Shown piece by piece: positions 28,093 to 37,837 of a stretch of 47,193 nt of DNA. A program made the position numbers and the translations under genes. The DNA is from Deltaproteobacteria bacterium. Its GTDB lineage: Bacteria > Desulfobacterota > Desulfuromonadia > Desulfuromonadales > Geopsychrobacteraceae. The notes under the pieces were generated by a model. That model was not told the DNA's origin. It saw nothing but the letters and a program-made list of their open reading frames with translations, and made no database searches. The stretch spans positions 1 to 47,193 of the forward strand of contig JAPHSA010000045.1 of assembly GCA_026193235.1 (NCBI GenBank), written 5' to 3'. Every line of letters starts with the position of its first letter. Positions within the stretch are counted from its first letter, which is position 1.

Positions 28093-29438
28093 ACCGTACC
28101 TCCCGCCAGAGCTGACACCAGCCGGTCAATCTGCTCACGGCTGTTCTGTTCTGTGACACAAACCAGCAATCCCCGCTCTAAGTCTTGATAGTCACGTCCC
28201 AAGGCGATGCCAGCCAGAATTCCCTGTTGCTCCAAACGCATTTTCAGATCTGCAACTGGTTCCGGACAAGTCACCACAAATTCATTGAAACATTCACCAG
28301 AAAACGCAATTTCAAAGCCATCAAGCTGACCGATCTGCTGACGTGCGTAAGCCGCCTTAGCATAGTTGATCTCCGCTAATTGCCGCAGTCCCTGTTTACC
28401 ATGCAACGCCAGAAATATACCGACGATCAGGGTGCACATGCCCTGATTGGAACAAATATTTGAAGTCGCTTTTTCCCGCCGAATATGTTGTTCCCGCGTT
28501 GCTAAAGTCAGGACAAACCCACGCTTACCGTCCTGATCTAACGTTTCACCGACAAGACGGCCAGGCAGAACCCGCATGTCCTTCTTTTTGACAGCAAAAA
28601 AACCAATCCCCGGGCCACCATATGAAAGCGGGATACCGAAACTCTGACCTTCACCGACAACCACATCCGCTCCCAGCTCGCCTGGAGACCTAAACAATGC
28701 CAGAGCTAAGGGCTCTGACGCTGCAGCAATAAGTCTCGCACCAGCAGCCTGGGTGAACTCTGCAATAGCGGCGAGGTCCTCAATCTGGCCAAAATAGTTC
28801 GGGTAACCAACAACAACTGCTGCCGTCTGATCATCCAGTAAAGTCTTCAACACCGCTTGATCAGTAACACCATCCCTGGTTGGAACCTCGACCAATTCGA
28901 CAGCCAGGTAACGACAGTAAGTCGCTACAGTTTCACGATATTGTGGATTTAATGCCTGTGAGAGCAGAACCTTTTGGCGCTTTTTACCCGCGCGTATCGC
29001 TAATAACACTGCCTCGGCGCAGGCAGAGGCGCCATCGTACATGGACGCATTGGCAACATCCATGCCGGTCAGCTGACAGATCATCGTCTGAAATTCAAAA
29101 ATTGCCTGCAAAGTGCCCTGGCTGATTTCCGGTTGATATGGGGTATAAGCCGTATAAAATTCACTCCGGCTTATCAGATGATCTACTGCCGACGGAATGA
29201 AATGGTTATAGGCTCCTCCACCCAGAAAGGCATCCCAATCGGAAACCCTACTGTTCTGTTCCGCCAAAGAGCGCAGCATGGTCATTGACTCTGATTCAGA
29301 TTTTGCTGTGGGAAGATTCAAGGGCTTTTGCAGCCGACAGTCCTCTGGAATACCAGAGAATAATTCGTCAATGTTCGAAACGCCAATGCGGTCGAGCATT
29401 TGCTGCACTTCTACATCAGTATGAGGCAGATAGCGCAT
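28089..29438 (-). CDS. gcvPA: glycine dehydrogenase (aminomethyl-transferring) subunit 1
   Basis: 449 aa. [40 protein letters not shown]. Confidence 0.96.
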   Translation of the reverse strand: MRYLPHTDVEVQQMLDRIGVSNIDELFSGIPEDCRLQKPLNLPTAKSESESMTMLRSLAEQNSRVSDWDAFLGGGAYNHFIPSAVDHLISRSEFYTAYTPYQPEISQGTLQAIFEFQTMICQLTGMDVANASMYDGASACAEAVLLAIRAGKKRQKVLLSQALNPQYRETVATYCRYLAVELVEVPTRDGVTDQAVLKTLLDDQTAAVVVGYPNYFGQIEDLAAIAEFTQAAGARLIAAASEPLALALFRSPGELGADVVVGEGQSFGIPLSYGGPGIGFFAVKKKDMRVLPGRLVGETLDQDGKRGFVLTLATREQHIRREKATSNICSNQGMCTLIVGIFLALHGKQGLRQLAEINYAKAAYARQQIGQLDGFEIAFSGECFNEFVVTCPEPVADLKMRLEQQGILAGIALGRDYQDLERGLLVCVTEQNSREQIDRLVSALAGGTV

Positions 29439-29501
29439 AGTTATCCTTTCAACTGTTAGGTTAAGTTTTGATATATAACTATTTGATTATACATTTTTAA
29501 G

Positions 29502-29885
29502 TTAGTCTTTTTCTACAAATTCCTGGTAAGCGGTAGCGTCCATAAAGCCTTCCAAAGCGATAGCTTCAGACAATTTAAGCTTGATCATCCAGCCATCTTC
29601 ATAGGGAGAATTATTAAGAACCTCGGGTTCGTCCGGCAACTCCTCGTTAATTTCAACGACTTCGCCGCTAACTGGAGCATAAACATCGGAGACGGCTTTC
29701 ACCGATTCGACGACACCAAAGGATTTACCCGCTTCCAAAATATCGCCTACTTCGGGGAGTTCAACAAAAACCACATCACCCAACTGCTCCTGGGCGAAGT
29801 CCGTAATACCAATCGTGGCAACCTCTTCCTCCATTAAAATCCATTCGTGATCCTCGGTGTACTTGAGCTCATCAGGAAAGTCCAT
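29502..29885 (-). CDS. gcvH: glycine cleavage system H protein (lipoyl carrier)
   Basis: LKYTEDHEWI...GVVESVKAVSDVYAPVSGEV carries the lipoyl-Lys motif ESVKA. ATG 29885 has GAGGAGG 7 nt upstream; the track start at 29906 is rejected. Confidence 0.95.
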   Translation of the reverse strand: MDFPDELKYTEDHEWILMEEEVATIGITDFAQEQLGDVVFVELPEVGDILEAGKSFGVVESVKAVSDVYAPVSGEVVEINEELPDEPEVLNNSPYEDGWMIKLKLSEAIALEGFMDATAYQEFVEKD

Positions 29886-29934
29886 AACATCCTCCTCAAC
29901 AGTCATTGTCCCTCTCGGGGGTTAGTTTTGATTC

Positions 29935-31020
29935 TTAAACAAACGGCAATGTAGTTCTTTGTGCCACAACCTGCCGTTTGCGAATACCTATTTCTAATAT
30001 TTTTTCACTGTCAGCGACCTCAGCTTCAACCAATGCCAGAGCAATCCCGTGTTTTAAACTTGGAGACATGGTCCCGCTGGTAACATAACCTACATCATGT
30101 CCTTCACAGATAACCGGGTAACCTTCTCGCGGAACACCTGATGCTGTCAGTGATAAAGCAATTAATTTACGTGTAAGCCCCGCCTCTTTAGCTTTAAGCA
30201 TTGAATCACGACCGATAAAATCACCTTTTTTCAACTTAGTGATCCATGCCAAACGTGCTTCAAGGGGTATGATTTCAGCATTAATTTCATGACCGTAGAG
30301 AGCATAGCCCTTTTCTAAACGTAAGGTGTCGCGTGCTCCCAAACCAATCGGAACCAGACCTAAAGGCTCTCCAGCAGTCATTAATTTCTGCCAAAGCAAA
30401 GGACCATCGACTGAAGCACAATAAAGTTCGAATCCATCTTCGCCAGTATAACCGGTACGGGAGATGATCATCTCCATTCCGGCAACCCGGCCTTCGAGAA
30501 AATGATAGTATTTCAATTCGGCCAGATCGGCATCGGTCAACGCAGCCAGAATCTCTGCCGCACGCGGGCCCTGAAGAGCTAATTGGGCAAATTCAGCACT
30601 GCGGTTGACCAGATTAAGTTGAGAAAAATTGTGGCGACTTTGTACATCCAGCAACCAGGAAAAATCCTTATCAATATTCGCCGCGTTAACACAGAGGAGA
30701 TAGCGATCTTCAGCAAATCGATATAATGTCAAGTCATCGACCACACCACCGGTCTCGTAACAGAGGGCGGTGTACTGCACCTGCCCGTCAATAAGCGATG
30801 AAACATCATTGGTTGTCGCGTACTGAAGAAAAGCGAAAGCCTGTGAGCCTGAAACCTCAATTTCACCCATGTGCGAAACATCAAATAATCCCGCAGCATT
30901 TCTGACCGCCAGATGTTCGGCAATAACGCCGGAATATTGGACCGGCATTTCCCAACCACCGAATTCAACCATGCGGGCCCCCAGTTGATGGTGAATTTGG
31001 TTTAAAGGTGTTGTTTGCAT
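29935..31020 (-). CDS. gcvT: glycine cleavage system aminomethyltransferase T
   Basis: 361 aa. TPLNQIHHQLGARMVEFGGWEMPVQY, FDVSHMGE. Confidence 0.96.
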   Translation of the reverse strand: MQTTPLNQIHHQLGARMVEFGGWEMPVQYSGVIAEHLAVRNAAGLFDVSHMGEIEVSGSQAFAFLQYATTNDVSSLIDGQVQYTALCYETGGVVDDLTLYRFAEDRYLLCVNAANIDKDFSWLLDVQSRHNFSQLNLVNRSAEFAQLALQGPRAAEILAALTDADLAELKYYHFLEGRVAGMEMIISRTGYTGEDGFELYCASVDGPLLWQKLMTAGEPLGLVPIGLGARDTLRLEKGYALYGHEINAEIIPLEARLAWITKLKKGDFIGRDSMLKAKEAGLTRKLIALSLTASGVPREGYPVICEGHDVGYVTSGTMSPSLKHGIALALVEAEVADSEKILEIGIRKRQVVAQRTTLPFV

Positions 31021-31041
31021 GAGACCGTCTCCTAAAAAAGG

Positions 31042-31899
31042 TTATTCAGCTAAAATCTGCGGGATAAGGTCCTCGCGGCCAAAAGTCATAAGGTGCACCC
31101 CCTGACACAATTCCCGGGCCCAACTGACCATTTCGCGAGCGATCTGGACACCTTCCTGCAGTGGATCATCAACTCCCTCCAAGCGTTTTAGCAAATTAAG
31201 TGGCACCTGTACACCGGGAATTTGAGCATTCAGGAATTGGGCCATACGCGTATTCTTCAACAACAGTACCCCCAATAAAACCGGAACTTTGTAATTGCCG
31301 ACAGTCTCCATAAATGACTCAACCTGAGGGCGGTGAAAAACCGCTTGAGTTTGGAAAAAATTAGCTCCACAGTTGATTTTCTTTTCAATTTTTCTTATGA
31401 CCAGCTGCCGTGGCTCAGCAGCTGGAGCGGCCGCGGCTCCAGTAAAAAAACGGGGTGCAGAAGCCAGCCGATTACCTGCCATATCAATACCGTTCTGCAA
31501 ACCAATAACTCCCTTTAACAATTGCACAGAATCAAGATCAAATACCGGTCGAGAGGCGGTATGATCACCAAAGCGTGGATGGTCCCCGGTTAATAACAGA
31601 AGATTTTCTATCCCCAGAGCGGATGCTCCGAGAAGATCTGACTGTAAGGCCATACGGTTGCGATCGCGGCAGGTTACCTGGAGGATCGGTTCATATCCCT
31701 GTTCAACCAGTAAACGAGACAGTGCCAATGGAGACATGCGCATACAAGCGCCCTGGTTATCTGTAACATTGATGGCGTCGACTATTCTGAGTTGTTCCGC
31801 GGTGGCAAGTGCTGCCTCGACATCAGTACCTTTAGGGGGAGCAATCTCGGCGGTAATAACAAAGCGCCCGGCTTGGAGTTTATCAGAAAAAAAACTCAC
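31042..31899 (-). CDS. metF: methylenetetrahydrofolate reductase, small acetogen/anaerobe-type MetF
   Basis: 285 aa TIM-barrel MTHFR pattern (FVITAEIAPPKG, NVTDNQ, LLLLTGD). 4-nt overlap with the upstream metV. Confidence 0.88.
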   Translation of the reverse strand: MSFFSDKLQAGRFVITAEIAPPKGTDVEAALATAEQLRIVDAINVTDNQGACMRMSPLALSRLLVEQGYEPILQVTCRDRNRMALQSDLLGASALGIENLLLLTGDHPRFGDHTASRPVFDLDSVQLLKGVIGLQNGIDMAGNRLASAPRFFTGAAAAPAAEPRQLVIRKIEKKINCGANFFQTQAVFHRPQVESFMETVGNYKVPVLLGVLLLKNTRMAQFLNAQIPGVQVPLNLLKRLEGVDDPLQEGVQIAREMVSWARELCQGVHLMTFGREDLIPQILAE

Positions 31900-32564
31900 T
31901 TATGGGGCTCCGCAAACGATTTCCTGTCCAAAAGATGCTTGCCCGGCTTGAATTTGCGACTCCAGTCTTTCGGTTCAACAATGTGACTGAAAACGCCCTG
32001 CGTTTGATTCTCCAGTCGGTGATAAATTCGCACCCAGGCACATTCCTGTTCATGGTCCACTTCACAGTGGCCATCTTCCATCCCGCCACAGGGTCCATTC
32101 AGCAGGCCTTTTGCGCAGGTTGTCACCGGACAAATCCCCCCCGTTTCATTGAGGATACAGTCACCGCAGAGTGAACATTTCTCTTCATATTGGCCAAACC
32201 GCCGAACATTACCGAGAAATAACGGATCAACTCCCGTCAATACTGGCTTATCTGTACAATCTGAAATCGATTGAGCGCCAGCACCGCAGGACAATACCAG
32301 AAGGACGTCGGCCTCTTCTACCTGGTCGCGAAAGCGCCTCAACTCGCGTGCAGCCCGCATGATGTGGCAGGCTTCATCGAGAATCATGCTCCCGGTAACA
32401 TCGCGCCCGCCCTCTTCCAACCACTCCTGAGTGGCAAAAACTTCTTCCTCTCCCCCAACCTTGCAGACCGTCGCACAGGACCCACAGCCGACCAGAAAAA
32501 CTGAACGGTAGTTCTGTAATAAATGCTCTAGTTTCTGTCTGTCCTTGGGAGAGCTTATGATCAT
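31896..32564 (-). CDS. metV: MTHFR-associated Cys-rich subunit MetV (MTHFR C-terminal-like domain protein)
   Basis: 222 aa with many Cys in clusters: GCGSCATVC, CSLCGDCILNETGGICPVTTC, NGPCGG. Positioned directly upstream of metF, as in acetogens. Confidence 0.8.
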   Translation of the reverse strand: MIISSPKDRQKLEHLLQNYRSVFLVGCGSCATVCKVGGEEEVFATQEWLEEGGRDVTGSMILDEACHIMRAARELRRFRDQVEEADVLLVLSCGAGAQSISDCTDKPVLTGVDPLFLGNVRRFGQYEEKCSLCGDCILNETGGICPVTTCAKGLLNGPCGGMEDGHCEVDHEQECAWVRIYHRLENQTQGVFSHIVEPKDWSRKFKPGKHLLDRKSFAEPHK

Positions 32565-32565
32565 T

Positions 32566-33429
32566 CTAAAACCTCAGAGTTTTTTTCGCCCTGCGCTTCG
32601 CACTGACCAGGGTGTTGTAAAGCAGCATGGTAATCGTCATCGGACCGACACCACCGGGAACAGGTGTCACCGCTGCGGCATTTTCGCAGGCGGCTTCAAA
32701 CTCTACATCTCCAACCAGTTTTTTATCACCGACCCGGTTGACGCCAACATCAATCACCACAGCACCAGGCTTGATCCAGGAACCCTTGATCATTTCAGGA
32801 CGGCCAACGGCAGCGATGACGACATCAGCAGCGGCTATTTTTTTTGCGAGGTCTTGAGTGCGCGAGTGGCAAATGGTGACCGTTGCATGTTCAGCCAGAC
32901 ACATTAGCGCAACCGGTTTGCCAACAATATTGGAGCGGCCAACGACAACAACTTCTTTGCCCTTAAGGTCAACTCCAGTGTGTTCAAGCATCTTCATAAT
33001 TCCATAAGGCGTACAGGGCTGAAAGAGAGGATTGCCGGTCACCAATCGACCGACATTGTAAGGGTGAAACCCATCGACGTCTTTGTCCGGAGAGATTGCC
33101 TCCAGCACCTTGGCTTCATCAATGTGCTCCGGCAGGGGAAGCTGAACCAGGATCCCATCGATCTTTTCATCAGCATTCAGCTCAGTGATCAGCTCTAGTA
33201 GTTCCACTTCACCGGTTTCAGCAGACAGTTTATACTCATCGGAGAAAATGCCGGCGGCGGCACAGGCTTTCTCTTTCATCGAAACATAAACACGGCTAGC
33301 CGGATCCTCCCCGACGAGAACAACTGCCAGCCCCGGAGTCACCCCTTGTTTAATCAGGGCTTGAGTATCCGCCGCAATTTCCTGACGCATCTCGGCCGCT
33401 ATTGCTTTTCCGTCTATAAGTTCAGCCAC
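32566..33429 (-). CDS. folD: bifunctional methylene-THF dehydrogenase / methenyl-THF cyclohydrolase
   Basis: 287 aa. [46 protein letters not shown] start with GGAGG upstream. Confidence 0.96.
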   Translation of the reverse strand: MAELIDGKAIAAEMRQEIAADTQALIKQGVTPGLAVVLVGEDPASRVYVSMKEKACAAAGIFSDEYKLSAETGEVELLELITELNADEKIDGILVQLPLPEHIDEAKVLEAISPDKDVDGFHPYNVGRLVTGNPLFQPCTPYGIMKMLEHTGVDLKGKEVVVVGRSNIVGKPVALMCLAEHATVTICHSRTQDLAKKIAAADVVIAAVGRPEMIKGSWIKPGAVVIDVGVNRVGDKKLVGDVEFEAACENAAAVTPVPGGVGPMTITMLLYNTLVSAKRRAKKTLRF

Positions 33430-33557
33430 TTGAGACCTCCATCTATAATATTATTCAGCTCGCTAAAAGAAAAAGAATCGACCTGTAAACACGTGCAGAC
33501 TATACGTAAGCAGAAAGTTTTTGTAAAGAAACTGAGGCTTTTCAAAGGGAATTAAAC

Positions 33558-33596
33558 GCAAAAAAAATCCCCGACAGAATAAACTATCGGGGATCT
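33558..33596 (-). terminator. intrinsic terminator after the zinc-ribbon gene
   Basis: ATCCCCGA (33567-33574) pairs with TCGGGGAT (33587-33594). On the minus strand it is followed by a run of 8 T. Confidence 0.75.
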
Positions 33597-33616
33597 AAAA
33601 ATGCAACCATCAAGGG

Positions 33617-33868
33617 CTAGGCATTTGCGGCCTTGGGACATGAAGCACAAGCTTCACTCGTCGCGACTGCAGGCGTTGGGCAACTACTCTTCTGGGAATA
33701 ACCCTGCTGGTACCAACCGCCCCCCTTAAGGGTAAAGGCCCCACGTGAAACTAGCTTCTTTGCCTGCCCACCACATTTCTGGCAGACATTGATTGGTTCA
33801 TCGGAAAATTTTTGACGAACCTCAAAATTCAAACCACAATCTTCACAGTGATATTCATATAACGGCAT
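33617..33868 (-). CDS. FmdB-family zinc-ribbon protein
   Basis: MPLYEYHCEDCGLNFEVRQKFSDEPINVCQKCGG is the CxxC...CxxC zinc-ribbon signature. GGAGG 8 nt upstream of ATG 33868. Confidence 0.88.
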   Translation of the reverse strand: MPLYEYHCEDCGLNFEVRQKFSDEPINVCQKCGGQAKKLVSRGAFTLKGGGWYQQGYSQKSSCPTPAVATSEACASCPKAANA

Positions 33869-33944
33869 GACTAAACCTCCATTTTTTTCTTGATCAAACA
33901 ATCGCAGATAATATATGCACAGTGGAATTTCTGTCAAGGATAGT

Positions 33945-34244
33945 TTACAGAAGTATTTTTTCTAAAATTGAATGGATATCCCTGAAACAGAGGCCCCTGA
34001 TGAGCACCCGCTTTTTTCGTGACGTTTCGCCACTCAGAAGAACAACCTGAGTTTTAGCTGTACCGAATAATTTGGCCAGATACTCACGACAATCCTTATT
34101 TGCGGCACCATCTACGGGAGGTGAAGTCAGTTTGATCTTTAACGCGTCACCCTGCAAACCAGAAATCTGGTTTCGACTTGATCTGGGTTGTACTTGCAAC
34201 CGGATGATTACACCTTCAGGGTGGTCCTCCAAGCATGGAAGCAT
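33945..34244 (-). CDS. yggU: DUF167 (YggU) family protein
   Basis: VIIRLQVQPRSSRNQISGLQGDALKIKLTSPPVDGAANKDCREYLAKLFG closely parallels E. coli YggU. TGATG overlap with the divIVA stop. Confidence 0.88.
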   Translation of the reverse strand: MLPCLEDHPEGVIIRLQVQPRSSRNQISGLQGDALKIKLTSPPVDGAANKDCREYLAKLFGTAKTQVVLLSGETSRKKRVLIRGLCFRDIHSILEKILL

Positions 34245-34768
34245 CAGGAATAATCCGAATCGTTCTCCTCGTCAGTTGGAAGAGATTGCAGCAGTTGAAT
34301 CTGGCGCTCGGTTTCCTCAATGAGCAAAGAGTCCATATCAAGCAATTTTAAATGATTTTCTATCAAAGAGCGCAACCCGCTTTCGAATGACAGTTTCTGA
34401 CGTTTCATGTCCTGAACCTGACTCACCAGTTGAATTCTTCGTTCATTCGCATCGCGAATCACGCGCTCGCCCTCCAGGTGGGCATCAGCAACGACAATTT
34501 CCGCTTCTTTGCGCGCGTTAGCCTTCAACTCTTCAGTGACCTGCTGCGCGGTCATCAAGGTCTGCTGTAAAGCTTTTTCACGCTCCCGCAACTGCTCCAG
34601 AGAAGTTCTGGTTCGGGCGAGGGACTCCTTAAGTTCATTATTTTGCTTGTGGAGACGTTCCAGTTCATCTGCCAGCATCTCAAGGAAGTGATCAACTGCA
34701 GTCGTATCGTAGCCGAACATCCGGGTCTTGAACTGGTGCTGCTGAATCTCTATTGGTGTGATCCGCAT
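34244..34768 (-). CDS. DivIVA-domain cell-division/polarity protein
   Basis: MRITPIEIQQHQFKTRMFGYDTTAVDHFL is the canonical DivIVA N-terminus, followed by coiled coil. Confidence 0.9.
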   Translation of the reverse strand: MRITPIEIQQHQFKTRMFGYDTTAVDHFLEMLADELERLHKQNNELKESLARTRTSLEQLREREKALQQTLMTAQQVTEELKANARKEAEIVVADAHLEGERVIRDANERRIQLVSQVQDMKRQKLSFESGLRSLIENHLKLLDMDSLLIEETERQIQLLQSLPTDEENDSDYS

Positions 34769-34789
34769 AGATAAATCCTAAGACAGGGG

Positions 34790-35074
34790 TCAGTGCGCTA
34801 ATTGAAAGAGGAAAGAGACCACCAGCTGCTGAACGACAGACAGCAAGATCAAAAGAGCGATGGGAGAAAGATCAAAAGCACCCATTTGTAAAAAGGGCAA
34901 TAGGCGCCGTAAACGGTAGAGAGCCGGGTCTGTTGCACTATGCAGAAAACGCACAATCTGGTTGTACGGGTCAGGGTTCACCCAGGAAACCAGTGCTCGG
35001 GCAATGACAATAAAAATATAGATATTAAATGCCAGGTCAAGAATTCTGGCGATGGCAACAAACATGACATTCAT
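34790..35074 (-). CDS. yggT: YggT-family membrane protein
   Basis: 94 aa, two TM segments. IVIARALVSWVNPDPYNQIVRFLHSATDPALYRLRR is the YGGT repeat pattern. Confidence 0.88.
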   Translation of the reverse strand: MNVMFVAIARILDLAFNIYIFIVIARALVSWVNPDPYNQIVRFLHSATDPALYRLRRLLPFLQMGAFDLSPIALLILLSVVQQLVVSFLFQLAH

Positions 35075-35181
35075 CTTTAAAAAAACCTTTCTTGGAGAAC
35101 CAATATGTCAGTAATTTACCGTTTCTATAATGAAAGTTATAACCCTGTCAAACGATTCCAACCATACAAATTCTATGAACT

Positions 35182-35210
35182 TTGACTTCGTGAATAAAAA
35201 CCGTTAAATT
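35182..35210 (+). promoter_or_regulatory. sigma70-type promoter for the DAHP synthase gene
   Basis: TTGACT (35182-35187), 17 nt, TAAATT (35205-35210). Confidence 0.4.
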
Positions 35211-35264
35211 GCGACGGCTGAAGCTAACAATGACTGTAAATCTTTCAATATCAGGATTGGAACT

Positions 35265-36314
35265 ATGGTTCAGACTAATAATGTCAACGTTCTTGGTGTA
35301 TCCCCGATTATTGCTCCATCAGATTTGAAGCAGGTTTTTCCACTTTCACTCGAAAGTGCAACTTTCGTCAATACTTCTCGCAATGCAATCAAATCGATTT
35401 TGCATGGTGAAGACAAACGCCTGATGGTTGTCGTCGGCCCTTGCTCTATTCACGATCCGATTGCGGCAATAGATTACGCCCGACGGCTAGCAAAATTAGC
35501 ACAAGAGCTCCAGGATCAGCTGTTTATTATCATGCGGGTGTATTTCGAAAAACCCAGGACAACCGTCGGCTGGAAAGGGTTGATCAACGACCCTGATCTG
35601 GACGGCAGCCATAAGATATCAAAAGGCCTGGGAGTTGCCCGGCAACTTTTCTGCGCCATTACTGAGCTGAAACTGCCGATCGCCAGCGAAATGCTTGATC
35701 CAATCACGCCCCAATATTTATCAGATATGATAAGCTGGGGAGCAATTGGTGCCCGTACGACTGAGTCTCAAACCCACCGGGAAATGGCCAGCGGCCTGTC
35801 TTTTCCTGTCGGTTTCAAGAACGGAACCGATGGCGGCTTAAAAATCGCTCTGGATGCTATGGCTGCTGCCTGCCGCTCGCATAGTTTTCTCGGCATCAAC
35901 TACGAAGGCCGATCTTCTATTGTTCAGACTGCGGGGAACCCAGACATTCATATGGTTCTCCGGGGAGGAGAAAAATCTCCAAACTACTATCCCGAAGATA
36001 TTGCAAAAACAACTAAACTTCTCAAACAGAAGAAGCTTCCATCTGCCATCATGGTCGATTGCAGCCACGCAAACTCATATAAAGATCATCGGCGACAGGG
36101 GGAAGTCCTGGAGAATGTTGTCGCTCAACTGATTGAAAATCCTGGCACCATTTCTGGGGTTATGATCGAAAGCAATCTTAAGGCGGGCAATCAAATCATT
36201 CCGGAGGATCTTAGCCAACTCAAGTTTGGTGTTTCCATTACTGACGAATGTGTTGACTGGGAAACAACAGTACAGATGTTGACCCGGGCATTTACAAAAC
36301 TGGCTGAGAGATAA
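35265..36314 (+). CDS. aroG: class I (AroF/G/H-type) 3-deoxy-7-phosphoheptulonate synthase
   Basis: GPCSIHDP, RVYFEKPRTTVGWKGLINDP and WGAIGARTTESQTHREMASGLSFPVGFKNGTDG are nearly identical to E. coli AroG blocks. Feedback specificity cannot be read from the sequence. Confidence 0.95.
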   Translation: MVQTNNVNVLGVSPIIAPSDLKQVFPLSLESATFVNTSRNAIKSILHGEDKRLMVVVGPCSIHDPIAAIDYARRLAKLAQELQDQLFIIMRVYFEKPRTTVGWKGLINDPDLDGSHKISKGLGVARQLFCAITELKLPIASEMLDPITPQYLSDMISWGAIGARTTESQTHREMASGLSFPVGFKNGTDGGLKIALDAMAAACRSHSFLGINYEGRSSIVQTAGNPDIHMVLRGGEKSPNYYPEDIAKTTKLLKQKKLPSAIMVDCSHANSYKDHRRQGEVLENVVAQLIENPGTISGVMIESNLKAGNQIIPEDLSQLKFGVSITDECVDWETTVQMLTRAFTKLAER

Positions 36315-36353
36315 AATCCCCTTCTCAAAAACGTACGGGCCTGATGGTGATGA

Positions 36354-37001
36354 TCACTTTGCGGGGTGTAAGATCAGATCATCATACCAGGCCTGAGCCT
36401 CTTCTTTGGTGCCATCCGTATCTGTCATAATAGCGATACCACCACCCATGGGGGGATTGACACCAAAAAGGCGTCTAAAATCGGCGACCAGATTGCGTTC
36501 TTCGCTCACCCATTGCCCCGCTTTATTATCCCCTGACTCCACAGCCAGCATCATATCCCGGGAAAGATAAGGGCTAGAAACGGCCTCTTCAACTGGCAGA
36601 CGATTAGCCCAGATGTAGTTGATCGTGCGGCTCAACGGTTTAATCCAATGGGGGAAAATGACATAAATTCGAGCAGCATAATCATCTCCCTGCTTTGACC
36701 GGGCGTCCCCTTTGCTTAATGTCCTTGCAATTTTCCAGCGCCAGGTGAGAACTGGATATTTCTCTGGATCAAATTCTATGTGCTTCAATAAACCAGAAGC
36801 ACTTGCTTTGCTCCTGGCTGATAGGACAGAGTTTCCATTTCCATCAATTTGCACAGCATAAATGGTTTCCCCGCTGAACTTTTTTACCTCCCAAGCCAGC
36901 AAACCTTCATCAAAGCGATCGACAATCAAGGGTTCTGTAGCCAGTACCATATGAGGCAGTGCACAAAAAAACAATATCAATAAAATATTATTTTTTAGCA
37001 T
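36354..37001 (-). CDS. secreted DUF3047-like protein
   Basis: Signal peptide MLKNNILLILFFCALPHMVLA. The pattern SASGLLK...PVLTWRWKI...GDDYAARIYVIF matches my recollection of DUF3047. Confidence 0.7.
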   Translation of the reverse strand: MLKNNILLILFFCALPHMVLATEPLIVDRFDEGLLAWEVKKFSGETIYAVQIDGNGNSVLSARSKASASGLLKHIEFDPEKYPVLTWRWKIARTLSKGDARSKQGDDYAARIYVIFPHWIKPLSRTINYIWANRLPVEEAVSSPYLSRDMMLAVESGDNKAGQWVSEERNLVADFRRLFGVNPPMGGGIAIMTDTDGTKEEAQAWYDDLILHPAK

Positions 37002-37021
37002 AATAAATCAACACCATCAAT

Positions 37022-37327
37022 TTAATGCATTGGTACATCGACCGCAGCTTGCTCATCACTCACCATCAGATCAATTTGTCCGAATTTTTTTTCGTAATTC
37101 TCAACGTTGTTCTGTAAAGCAGCCAAAAGACGTTTGGCATGTCTCGGAGAAGTGACCAGCCGCGCTTGAACCCTGGCCTTTGGTGCCTGTGGCTGAACGT
37201 AAATGCAATCAATAACAAATTCGCTATCATTATGATTAACGACTGCCATATTGATGTATTGTCCGCATGCGACCTGGTCATCCATTTGAATTTCCAGTTT
37301 AACTTCCTGTTGAGGCGATTTTGCCAT
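37022..37327 (-). CDS. DUF3467 family protein
   Basis: GQYINMAVVNHNDSEFVIDCIYV...ARLVTSPRHAKRLLAALQNNVENYEKKFGQI is a strong DUF3467 pattern. I prefer ATG 37327. The alternative ATG 37378 forms an ATGA overlap with the upstream stop. Confidence 0.8.
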   Translation of the reverse strand: MAKSPQQEVKLEIQMDDQVACGQYINMAVVNHNDSEFVIDCIYVQPQAPKARVQARLVTSPRHAKRLLAALQNNVENYEKKFGQIDLMVSDEQAAVDVPMH

Positions 37328-37374
37328 ATTCTTTTGTCCCTTCCGTAGTTCAAATCTGCTCAGAATTGAGAATT

Positions 37375-37695
37375 TCATAAATCATTCAGAAGACGATAAA
37401 CCATCTGTTCCAATTCCCAGACCTTTTCCCCGGCCTTATGCTGTTCATCATTCTCCAACAAGACCCTGGCGTGATCCAATTGTCCATGAACTTTCAGTAA
37501 AACTGGTGCGAGTTTACTTTCAAGTTGGAGTTGTGGAATTTCACCCACAGTTTCAACCCAATCTTGCAGTTCCTCGACTGCAATATCGATGGAACGCAGA
37601 GCTTTTACCGTACTCTCAGGCAAAGTCTCATAAAAACGATCGGCCTCCTGTTCAATTTGCTCGAGGACGTGGCGATAGCGTTCAGAAATTGACAT
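37375..37695 (-). CDS. hypothetical acidic all-helical protein (106 aa)
   Basis: AAGGA RBS 8 nt upstream of ATG 37695. Heptad-like helical composition and no recognisable domain. First gene of a three-gene same-strand unit. Confidence 0.6.
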   Translation of the reverse strand: MSISERYRHVLEQIEQEADRFYETLPESTVKALRSIDIAVEELQDWVETVGEIPQLQLESKLAPVLLKVHGQLDHARVLLENDEQHKAGEKVWELEQMVYRLLNDL

Positions 37696-37837
37696 TAATT
37701 CATCCTTTCAACAATATATTTATCAGGGCGCCATCCTAAGCGATAAAAACACTAAAGATCAATCTATTGCTGCGGATATCCCTGTAACCATATTGACTTT
37801 AATATCCCCTGACTGTTAGCTTTGGCTTGTCAATTTA

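Noticed and set aside
29486-29491. Internal TATAAT (minus strand) in the A/T-rich gcvH-gcvPA spacer as a secondary promoter.
   Set aside because: There is no acceptable -35 element at 16-18 nt, and the hexamer is expected by chance in such an A/T-rich spacer. I left it unannotated.
33430-33557. Possible glycine riboswitch or T-box upstream of the folD-gcv cluster (also checked 31021..31041 and 29886..29934).
   Set aside because: No GGAGAG...CACCG type glycine aptamer consensus is present, and the internal spacers are too short to hold an aptamer.
37328-37378. Longer DUF3467 start at ATG 37378 (MKFSILSRFELRKGQKN...).
   Set aside because: Not fully rejected, because the ATGA overlap with the upstream stop is attractive. 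However, the family as I remember it begins close to the QQ-x-x-I-x-I-x-x-D segment, and ATG 37327 has a GGAAGGGA RBS. I kept it as the alternative start.
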